A stretch of 7,745 nucleotides of DNA from Acaryochloris sp. IP29b_bin.148 (GCF_028285565.1 NZ_JANQOY010000213.1:1-7745); one strand, 5' to 3'; shown: positions 1-6,384, counted from the first letter of the stretch. The notes: generated by a model not told the origin, from the sequence alone. Numbers and translations: made by a program.

Positions 1-341
1 GAGCACATCTGGCCGATCATGATTTGGACCAAGAGACAACAGACATTAATTTTGCCAAACTCTGTGAAAGTAGCCGTACCGTTCTAGCACTCTTCCCTAT
101 GATGGCCGAGGTGAGGATTGTCAGAACATGGGCAGGGTTGGAAGCCTTTATGCCCGATCACATTCCTGTGATTGGTCCAAGTTCTAAATTCCCCAATGTT
201 TATCATGCGTTTGGGTTCTCTGCACATGGCTTTCAGCTTTCACCTGTGGTGGGGCGCATTATGTCAGAGCTGATTTTGGAACAGAAGAGTTCCCTCAGGA
301 TAGAACCATTTGCTATTCAGCGCTTCTCATCTATTTCTTAA
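1..341 (+). CDS. FAD-dependent oxidoreductase (DAO / glycine-sarcosine-D-amino-acid oxidase family), C-terminal fragment. The gene starts upstream of the window.
   Basis: The frame (codon phase from nt 3) is open from the window edge, so the TTG at 24 in the ORF track is not the real start. The C-terminal block 'VRTWAGLEAFMPDHIPVIGP...VYHAFGFSAHGFQLSPVVGRIMSELIL' matches the conserved C-terminal FAD-binding end of DAO-family flavoenzymes. Stop TAA at 339-341. Confidence 0.7.
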   Translation, partial: AHLADHDLDQETTDINFAKLCESSRTVLALFPMMAEVRIVRTWAGLEAFMPDHIPVIGPSSKFPNVYHAFGFSAHGFQLSPVVGRIMSELILEQKSSLRIEPFAIQRFSSIS

Positions 342-387
342 TAGGGTTAATTGAAAATATCAGAGTTGGTCATCAAAGTAACCTCCA

Positions 388-1038
388 TCATCCTACCCAG
401 ATCTCTTGGTCATAAAACCCTCCTCGCTGTTCCATCCGAAAGCCCCCCAGAAGCACCCCGATCAATACAGCAACAGGCACTAAGCCAAGCCCTTGCACCA
501 GCTCCACAAACGACACGGCACCCTTAGTTCCTTCTAAATATTCACGAATTGCACTAACCCAGGACGAAACATCCTCCACATGGCTAACCTTCAGGGCAAT
601 CGCTTCCCCAGACTCCAGCTCATCCACAAACTCCAAAACCGAATCCTTGCTGACTTCCCTTACAACGGACTCAATAGGATTCCCCGTGAACCCCTGACGT
701 CGCTTCCGTGACTTCGGCTGACGACACAGATCCGAGACATCCAAAAACATGGTCTGCTGAACCATCCCGGCCAAGAAATCCTCATCTAACACTGGGCCTT
801 GGGTGTTATGCCGATCCTCCCAATCCTGGATCAGCAGCTCTGCCCGCTGACAAAATACCTCAGTAATCCCAAGGGCCATCTCGCCAGCGACTTGGAGCCG
901 TTCGTGCTGAGATAGGGCTTGCAACTCTGGCAACATCCCATCCCAGAGCTGAAGGACATCTGCCTGCTCCGGTTCATCCAAAGCGGTGGCCAATGTACTG
1001 GCAAAATCTAGTTCAAGCTGAGTGTACATGGAGTTCAT
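388..1038 (-). CDS. Hypothetical protein (216 aa), acidic. The C-terminal about 45 aa resemble a kleisin/ScpA-type winged-helix tail.
   Basis: Long ORF whose start overlaps the upstream minus-strand ORF by 26 nt, suggesting translational coupling. An alternative ATG at 1029 would give a 17-nt overlap. The C-terminus 'VSFVELVQGLGLVPVAVLIGVLLGGFRMEQRGGFYDQEIWV' follows the pattern F-x-eL ... hydrophobic helix ... Q...F..eI.v seen at ScpA/kleisin C-termini. I recognise no other family. Confidence 0.55.
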   Translation of the reverse strand: MNSMYTQLELDFASTLATALDEPEQADVLQLWDGMLPELQALSQHERLQVAGEMALGITEVFCQRAELLIQDWEDRHNTQGPVLDEDFLAGMVQQTMFLDVSDLCRQPKSRKRRQGFTGNPIESVVREVSKDSVLEFVDELESGEAIALKVSHVEDVSSWVSAIREYLEGTKGAVSFVELVQGLGLVPVAVLIGVLLGGFRMEQRGGFYDQEIWVG

Positions 1039-1540
1039 CCTTCAACGGACAGTCCGCGATTTCGCACTCGGTCGGCTCCATGCGGATCGGGGGTTCAAAT
1101 TCCGTGATGCCAAACCGCTCTCGCAGTACTTTCAGCACCTCTATTAGGTACCGATTCACTTGGGTATTCGTCATCCCCATGCAGTGAACCGCCTCAATTT
1201 CCGCTAACTTCTCACTCCCCTGCCAGATGCTGATGGATAGGGCATGAAGGTGGGCATCCTTGGGCTTCTCCTTGTAGAGGTAAAGCAAAGCCACGGGTGG
1301 AGCTTGGACAGGAATCGAGAAGGTCTCTGTGGTTTTGGCTGGGGTTGTTTTTGCTTTCTGGTCAGCGTATTCTCCCCGGCGCTTGGCATTGCTTTCCTTG
1401 CGGTGGCGGTAGTGAGAGCGTTTGCGATCGCAGGTATTATCTTTCCAACAACCATCGCCTTGGGGACCATGCACCCGCTTGGCTTCCCTTCGGGAATAGT
1501 CGATGCATTTGAGACAGATTGGGTTAGGGGGAAGTGGCAT
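1013..1540 (-). CDS. Hypothetical protein (175 aa) with an N-terminal Cys cluster (possible zinc ribbon), a strongly basic linker and a C-terminal helical region.
   Basis: N-terminus 'ICLKCIDYSRREAKRVHGPQGDGCWKDNTCDRKR' has CxxC...Cx6C. A Lys/Arg-rich segment follows. The ORF is coupled by overlap to the downstream 388-1038 ORF. Three alternative-frame ORFs cover the same DNA, so the frame choice rests mainly on the coupling and on composition. Confidence 0.5.
   Translation of the reverse strand: MPLPPNPICLKCIDYSRREAKRVHGPQGDGCWKDNTCDRKRSHYRHRKESNAKRRGEYADQKAKTTPAKTTETFSIPVQAPPVALLYLYKEKPKDAHLHALSISIWQGSEKLAEIEAVHCMGMTNTQVNRYLIEVLKVLRERFGITEFEPPIRMEPTECEIADCPLKDELHVHSA
1424..1431. repeat. 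HIP1 octamer GCGATCGC (highly iterated palindrome of cyanobacteria), single exact copy.
   Basis: Exact GCGATCGC read at 1424-1431. It serves only as a taxonomic hint. Confidence 0.6.
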
Positions 1541-1852
1541 GGTTCGTTCTTTTGGATCAATACCCGTGATAGATCATCAAAATCGAGGGGCTGACAGGAC
1601 TCAATCAAATTTGTTAGCCATTAAAAAGCCCTTAAAAAGGCAATTATTTCCATCTCCAACAACGCCCTAGATTACAGAAATATCCTTAATAATTGCGTAA
1701 AGCATATCAAAAGTGCCGATAATTTTAGATGCGATTAAATTAAATTTCAAAATAGCGCTCCGTCACCATTAGCAATCTATTGCAGGCTGCCAGTTCTAAA
1801 CGCTCAACCAAATGGAAAAAAGACAACAAAATATCGCTTAGATTAACGCCGA

Positions 1853-2968
1853 ATGACGAGTCCGAACCCACCAGAACAGCAAACCATTCTCTTCCTCGCT
1901 GCGAATCCCAAAGATACTCAGCCTCTCCGACTAGATCAGGAGTTAAGGGATATTGGTGAGGGGTTACAGCGGGCTCAACGTCGAGATGAATTTCAGCTTG
2001 AACAGCGCCTGGCAGTTCGCCCCCGTGATATTCAGCGAGCCATGCTAGATCTGAATCCCCAGATCGTTCATTTCTCAGGGCATGGGGAAGGGGATGAGGG
2101 CTTGGTCTTTGAGGATGTCAGTGGCAACACCCAGTTGGTCAGTGGTGAAGCGATTGCAGACTTGTTTAGCCTGTTTGCCGATCAACTGCGCTGTGTGGTC
2201 CTCAATGGCTGCTATACCGAGGTGCAAGCAAATGCCATCTCAGAACATATCCCCTATGTGATCGGTATGAAACGTGCGATCCAGGATAAAGCGGCGATCT
2301 CCTTTGCTGTGGGATTCTATGATGCCCTAGGTTCAGGACGAGATGTGGAGTTTGCCTTCAAGTTGGGTTGCGCCGCTATCCGCATGGAAGGTATTGAAGA
2401 ACATCTCACCCCCGTTCTGATCAAAAAACCCATTACAGAAAGAACTAAGGATCAGGATAAGAGCAATGCTCAAGCTCGTCCAACACCCACGCCTTCTCCC
2501 ATGACTCAAAACGCCAACGACCCCTTAGAGGTTTTTATTTCCTATTCCCATCAGGATAATGAATTGCGAAAAAAGTTAGACACTCATCTTTCAGGTCTTA
2601 AACGCGAGGGTAATATTGTCGCTTGGCATGATCGGGCGATTGAAGCAGGGGAGGAATGGGACACCCAAATTAAAGGCCATCTTGAGTCTGCTCAAATTAT
2701 TCTGCTGCTGGTTAGCCCGGACTTCATCGCCTCCGACTATTGCTATGACATTGAGATGCAAAGAGCGATGGACCGACACAACGAAGGCACAGCTCGAGTC
2801 ATCCCCATTATTCTGCGTCCCTGTGATTGGAAGCGATCCCCTTTTAGTAAGCTGCAAAGCCTACCTAAAGAAGGACTACCCATCACACGATGGGACGATC
2901 AGGATGAGGCATTTTTGGATGTCGTCAATGGAATACGGAGGGCGGTAGAAACCCCACCAAAAAAGTAG
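1853..2968 (+). CDS. Fusion of a caspase-like (minimal CHAT) protease domain and a TIR domain, 371 aa as an isolated ORF. It is probably the N-terminal part of a larger CHAT-TIR-NB-ARC-TPR protein.
   Basis: aa 11-185: the hydrophobic strand 'ILFLAANP' is followed by 'IVHFSGHG' (His77, nt 2081-2083) and 'VVLNGCYT' (Cys120, nt 2210-2212). This is a caspase/CHAT-style strand-His-Gly ... strand-Cys dyad. aa 195-222: Pro/Thr-rich linker. aa 225-365: 'EVFISYSHQD', 'IILLLVSPDFIASDYCYDIE' and 'VIPIIL' form a TIR_2-like domain with a putative catalytic Glu301 (nt 2753-2755). The ORF ends CCA AAA AAG TAG. Confidence 0.85.
   Translation: MTSPNPPEQQTILFLAANPKDTQPLRLDQELRDIGEGLQRAQRRDEFQLEQRLAVRPRDIQRAMLDLNPQIVHFSGHGEGDEGLVFEDVSGNTQLVSGEAIADLFSLFADQLRCVVLNGCYTEVQANAISEHIPYVIGMKRAIQDKAAISFAVGFYDALGSGRDVEFAFKLGCAAIRMEGIEEHLTPVLIKKPITERTKDQDKSNAQARPTPTPSPMTQNANDPLEVFISYSHQDNELRKKLDTHLSGLKREGNIVAWHDRAIEAGEEWDTQIKGHLESAQIILLLVSPDFIASDYCYDIEMQRAMDRHNEGTARVIPIILRPCDWKRSPFSKLQSLPKEGLPITRWDDQDEAFLDVVNGIRRAVETPPKK
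2959..2965 (+). promoter_or_regulatory. Candidate -1 recoding site: slippery heptamer A_AAA_AAG immediately 5' of the TAG stop. It is also an A6 homopolymer prone to indels.
   Basis: Zero-frame codons are CCA AAA AAG TAG, so the X_XXY_YYZ heptamer is A AAA AAG, the same heptamer used at the E. coli dnaX -1 frameshift site. A -1 slip, or one extra A, continues as GTA GAC AAC ... in the NB-ARC frame. That frame is open from 2908 to 5409. Confidence 0.45.
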
Positions 2969-3117
2969 ACAACTCTTCGTCTGGGCACAGTCCACAAACG
3001 GAGAGTTATCAGCGTCAAGGACCAGAAGCCTCGTCATCCTCCCAGATAAGTCCTCCTCATAACCTCCCTCGCAGTGGTGTCGTTGAATTTGTCGGTCGTG
3101 ACCAAACACTGCTCGAA

Positions 3118-5409
3118 TTGCACCAGCTCCTCCAAGAGAACAATCCGGTAGCCCTCACCGCATTAGCAGGAATGGGTGGGATCGGTAAGACAGAACTCGC
3201 CCTGCAATATGCCATCTCCCAGCTCGATCAGGGTCATTATCCTGGTGGACTCTGCTGGCTGCGAGTAAAAGGCCAGGAGCTAGCCGCCCAAATTATCGAA
3301 TTTGCCCAGACCAAGTTAGCACTGCCCCTCCCGGATGAACTCGATGAAGACCAACAAGTGAGTTATGTCTGGGGGCACTGGCCTGCTGGAATGGTGCTGA
3401 TTATTTTTGATGATGTGATGGACCTTGAGACTGTCCAACCGTACTTACCGCCATCAGATCCACGTTATAAAGTTCTGATAACAACCCGTCAGGATTTAGG
3501 TCTATCCGTTCATTCCCTCTCTATCACCGAACTTAGCGATACTAGTGCCTTAACCTTGCTGAGAACGCTACTTGGAGCCGAACGCATTGATGCTCAGCTT
3601 GACGATGCCCAAGCCTTATGTAGATGGGTGGGGAACCTGCCCTTAGGACTAGAGTTAGTGGGGCGGTATCTAGCCAGAAAGCCAGACTGGTCTCTTCGAA
3701 AACTGATCGAAAGACTTGACTCCAAGCGATTAGAAGCCAAAGCCCTGACGACCCCAGAATCAGGAATGACCGCACAGCTTGGGGTCGCTGCTGCGTTGGA
3801 ATTAAGCTGGGTTGAGCTGAATAAGGTAGAACAAGAACTGGCCTGCTTTCTAGGAATGTTTGCGGTTGCACCTATTCCTTGGATTTTGGTTGAAAGCTGC
3901 CTATCTGCACAGGATTTAGATGACTTAGAAGACACCAGAGATGATGGTTTGATCGCTAGAAACTTACTCAAACGAGTAGACCAGGGTACTTACCAACTCC
4001 ATCAAATTATGCAGGAGTTCTTTCGGATTAAGTTGAATAAGCGCTCTGACAATGGAGAATTTCTCAAAGCAGCTTATTGCAGGGAAATGGTTGGTGTTGC
4101 TCTGGGTATTAATGACAGCCCAACGTTTGATGTGATTACAGGTATGAGTACCAGCATTCCCCATCTAGAAGAACTCGTCAAACAGTGGATAGACCATCTT
4201 AGCGAAAATGAATTGATTTGGCCCTATGTCGGCATCGGTCGATTTTATGAAGGGCAAGGGAACTATGGTTTAGCTTTACCCTGGAGACAAAAATGCCTGG
4301 AACAGGCTCGAAAGAAATTGGGTACCGAACACCCCGATGTTGCTCAATGCCTCAATGACCTGGCAGTACTCTACAACAATCAAGGACGGTACAACGAAGC
4401 CGAACCCCTCTATGTGCAAGCCTTGCAGATGAATCAGAAGCTCTTGGGTGCCGAACACCCCGATGTTGCAACGAGCCTCAATAACCTGGCAGTACTCTAC
4501 GACAATCAAGGACGGTACAACGAAGCCGAACCTCTCTATGTGCAAGCTTTGCTGATGAGACGGAAGCTCTTGGGTACCGAACACCCCTATGTCGCAACGA
4601 GCCTCAATAGCCTGGCGGAACTCTACAGAGCCCAAGGACGGTACAACGAAGCTGAACCCCTCTATGTGCAAGCCTTGCAGATGAGACAGAAGCTCTTGGG
4701 CTCCGAACACCTCGATATTGCTGAAAGCCTCAATGACCTGGCATTACTCTACTCCGACCAAGGACGGTACAACGAAGCCGAACCCCTCTATGTGCAAGCC
4801 TTGCAGATGAACCAGAAGCTCTTGGGCACTGAACACCTCGATGTCGCAACGAGCCTCAATAACCTGGCATTACTCTACGAAAAACAAGGACGATACAACG
4901 AAGCCGAACCCCTCTATGTGCAAGCCTTGCAGATGAGACAGAAGCTCTTGGGCTCCGAACACCCCTATGTCGCTCAAAGCCTCAATAACCTGGCATTCTA
5001 CTACTCCGACCAAGGACGGTACAACGAAGCCGAACCCCTCTATGTGCAAGCCTTGCAGATGAGACAGAAGTTCTTGGGCATCGAACACCCCTCTGTCGCT
5101 CGTAGTCTCAATAACCTGGCAATACTCTACGACAACCAAGGACGGTACAGCGAGGCCGAACCCCTCTATGTGCAAGCCTTGCAAATGTACAAGAAGCTCT
5201 TGGGCACCGAACACCCCTCTGTCGCTCGTAGCCTCAATAACCTGGCAAAGCTTTACTATAACCTAGGACGGTTCTCAGAAGCTGAAACCCTCTATGAGCA
5301 AAGTTTAGATATATTCCAGAAGCTCTTGGGCACCGAACACCCAAATACAGTTAAAGTTCAAAGTAATTTTGACGATTGTCGTCAAAAAATAAAGGAGTCG
5401 AATACTTAG
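3118..5409 (+). CDS. NB-ARC (STAND P-loop ATPase) protein with a C-terminal array of nine 42-aa TPRs (kinesin-light-chain-type, TPR_10/TPR_12-like). The true N-terminus almost certainly lies upstream of 3118.
   Basis: P-loop GMGGIGKT (3169-3192), Walker B LIIFDDV (3397-3417), RNBS-B-like VLITTR (3472-3489) and GLPL-like GNLPLGLELVG (3631-3663). A helical/winged-helix region follows, then TPRs from about 4240 to about 5350. The same frame is open back to 2908 and encodes 'HNLPRSGVVEFVGRDQTLLEL' at 3058-3120. This is the usual leader preceding the P-loop in cyanobacterial NB-ARC proteins. The only start-like codon before the P-loop is TTG at 3118. Confidence 0.9.
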   Translation: MHQLLQENNPVALTALAGMGGIGKTELALQYAISQLDQGHYPGGLCWLRVKGQELAAQIIEFAQTKLALPLPDELDEDQQVSYVWGHWPAGMVLIIFDDVMDLETVQPYLPPSDPRYKVLITTRQDLGLSVHSLSITELSDTSALTLLRTLLGAERIDAQLDDAQALCRWVGNLPLGLELVGRYLARKPDWSLRKLIERLDSKRLEAKALTTPESGMTAQLGVAAALELSWVELNKVEQELACFLGMFAVAPIPWILVESCLSAQDLDDLEDTRDDGLIARNLLKRVDQGTYQLHQIMQEFFRIKLNKRSDNGEFLKAAYCREMVGVALGINDSPTFDVITGMSTSIPHLEELVKQWIDHLSENELIWPYVGIGRFYEGQGNYGLALPWRQKCLEQARKKLGTEHPDVAQCLNDLAVLYNNQGRYNEAEPLYVQALQMNQKLLGAEHPDVATSLNNLAVLYDNQGRYNEAEPLYVQALLMRRKLLGTEHPYVATSLNSLAELYRAQGRYNEAEPLYVQALQMRQKLLGSEHLDIAESLNDLALLYSDQGRYNEAEPLYVQALQMNQKLLGTEHLDVATSLNNLALLYEKQGRYNEAEPLYVQALQMRQKLLGSEHPYVAQSLNNLAFYYSDQGRYNEAEPLYVQALQMRQKFLGIEHPSVARSLNNLAILYDNQGRYSEAEPLYVQALQMYKKLLGTEHPSVARSLNNLAKLYYNLGRFSEAETLYEQSLDIFQKLLGTEHPNTVKVQSNFDDCRQKIKESNT
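4255..5388 (+). repeat. Tandem array of nine 126-bp units (intragenic) encoding the TPRs.
   Basis: The landmark 'caaggacgg' (or a variant) recurs at 4255, 4381, 4507, 4633, 4759, 4885, 5011, 5137 and 5263, an exact 126-nt period. The 49-nt core 'ggacggtacaacgaagccgaacccctctatgtgcaagccttgcagatga' is exact at 4384, 4762 and 5014. It has 1 mismatch at 4636 and 4888, and about 3-4 at 4510 and 5140. The first and last units are diverged. Confidence 0.95.
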
Positions 5410-5559
5410 CTATCTGTTGATTAATAACATTAAGTGCGTAGTAATTTTATATAACTGAAATTTTTTATTTTATTCTATTGCCAAAAATTGAACCTCAGTA
5501 AATTCGTCAACCGAAGTATTAATTTTGTACATCTATGCTGTCCATTATTTCTTTACATA

Positions 5560-5733
5560 GGTCTTGGCCCTTTTTGAAACTGGTGGCGAAACATTGCTTA
5601 ACACGCTTAAAACACTTATATTGCATCATCAGCTATGAAAGAAAATTATAGTTTTGTAATGACATCAATGGCGGAATAAGTTTCCTAGACATTAACAAAT
5701 ATTTCGCCACCAGTTTCAAAAGAGGACAAGACC
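5560..5733. mobile_element. MITE-like hairpin element A (about 174 bp): 32-bp terminal inverted repeats around an AT-rich non-coding core of about 110 bp.
   Basis: Left arm 5560-5591 is 'ggtcttggccctttttgaaactggtggcgaaa'. The reverse complement of the right arm 5702-5733 is 'ggtcttgtcctcttttgaaactggtggcgaaa', giving 29/32 matches. I saw no transposase ORF and no clear target-site duplication. Confidence 0.5.
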
Positions 5734-5743
5734 CAACTTATGG

Positions 5744-6055
5744 TTAAAACCACAGTGTTTACGACACTACTGTCGTTGTCACCATAACCTTGCCGTTTTT
5801 TGAAAGCATAACCTTGCCGCTGCTAAGCCTGAAAGCCCTATTTTTTCGTTAAATCCATACTTACGATTGTAAACAGCCTGAAATCATAAAGTTGCCGAAA
5901 GTCGGATTTGTAAGCATAAGCTTACCGAAAGTTTTACTGAGAAATTGCTGAAAGCATTAATATCTCGTAGAAAGTCTTCAACGTATCCGGTAAATGACAC
6001 TCAAGCGGCAAGCTTATGCTTTCAAACGGCAAGGTTATGGTGACTGTGGTTTTAA
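5744..6055. mobile_element. MITE-like element B (about 312 bp): composite terminal inverted repeats of about 50 bp beginning TTAAAACCACAGT.
   Basis: The right arm (6005-6055), reverse-complemented, is 'ttaaaaccacagt caccataaccttgccgttt gaaagcataagcttgccgc'. The left arm (5744-5820) carries the same three blocks with one mismatch. It also has a 21-22-nt insertion that forms a small hairpin (acgac-actact-gtcgt) and three extra T. Both ends abut the palindromic TTAA. Confidence 0.5.
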
Positions 6056-6384
6056 GTAAAAGCTGACCGATCAATTAAACCAAAAGCTGTCCGCTTAAAG
6101 GCTGAAAACACTGATTTCTCGTTGACAGCTTCTTTGGAGTGGAATCGATCTTGCACTTAGAACTACTAATTCATTGGAATTTAACCATAAGATGTCCGAA
6201 AACCCAATCCTAGAATTGTAAAACGCTAAAAGCTATTTCCCATAATGATTTCACGTCCTAAAACCTATACATAATCTAACGAGAATACGTTGTTTTAGCG
6301 TATTACTCCATCTCCAAGAGGGTATTTTAGGCGGTTTATCACTTAGCTTTAAACCAATTACTGTCCTAGACGGTCAACTTTCCT

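Noticed and set aside
993-1608. Alternative-frame ORFs 993-1187 (+), 1204-1608 (-), 1244-1594 (+) and 1297-1512 (+). One of them, 1244-1594, looks hydrophobic and membrane-like.
   Set aside because: All overlap the 1013-1540 minus ORF. The hydrophobic + strand ORF is what antisense translation of a Lys/Arg-rich coding stretch produces. The minus ORF is also translationally coupled to the downstream gene. The frame assignment here is only moderately confident.
2937-3010. Possible frameshift stimulators: the SD-like GGAGGG at 2937-2942, and an imperfect stem GACAACTCT (2968-2976) / AGAGTTATC (3002-3010).
   Set aside because: The SD-like element lies 16 nt upstream of the heptamer, further than the roughly 10-14 nt I recall for known stimulators. 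The downstream stem has a mismatch and a 25-nt loop. Neither is convincing by eye, so they are not used as support. RNA folding software would be needed.
2591-3109. ORFs 2591-2857 (-), 2616-2948 (+, other frame) and 2876-3109 (-).
   Set aside because: They overlap the TIR domain coding sequence or the linker/leader of the NB-ARC frame. In both places the chosen + frames carry conserved motifs.
3542-4164. Minus-strand ORFs 3542-3871, 3594-3971 and 3964-4164.
   Set aside because: They lie antisense to the NB-ARC/winged-helix part of a well-supported + strand CDS. They overlap each other and show no recognisable motifs.
4276-5214. Two long antisense ORFs (4276-4710 and 4870-5214, minus strand) with their own internally repetitive protein sequence.
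   Set aside because: They mirror the 126-bp TPR repeat on the opposite strand. The + strand frame has unmistakable NB-ARC/TPR motifs and is continuous. The antisense ORFs are open only because the repeated unit happens to lack stops in that frame.
4255-5388. Regular 126-nt periodic repeats considered as a CRISPR-like array.
   Set aside because: The repeats are contiguous with no unique spacers. They sit inside one open reading frame and translate to canonical TPR units.
5750-6050. CACAGTG / CACTGTG at the element-B termini is identical to the V(D)J recombination-signal heptamer.
   Set aside because: A 7-mer match is expected by chance. No nonamer or 12/23 spacer logic is present, and the context is prokaryotic. 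I treat it as coincidence.
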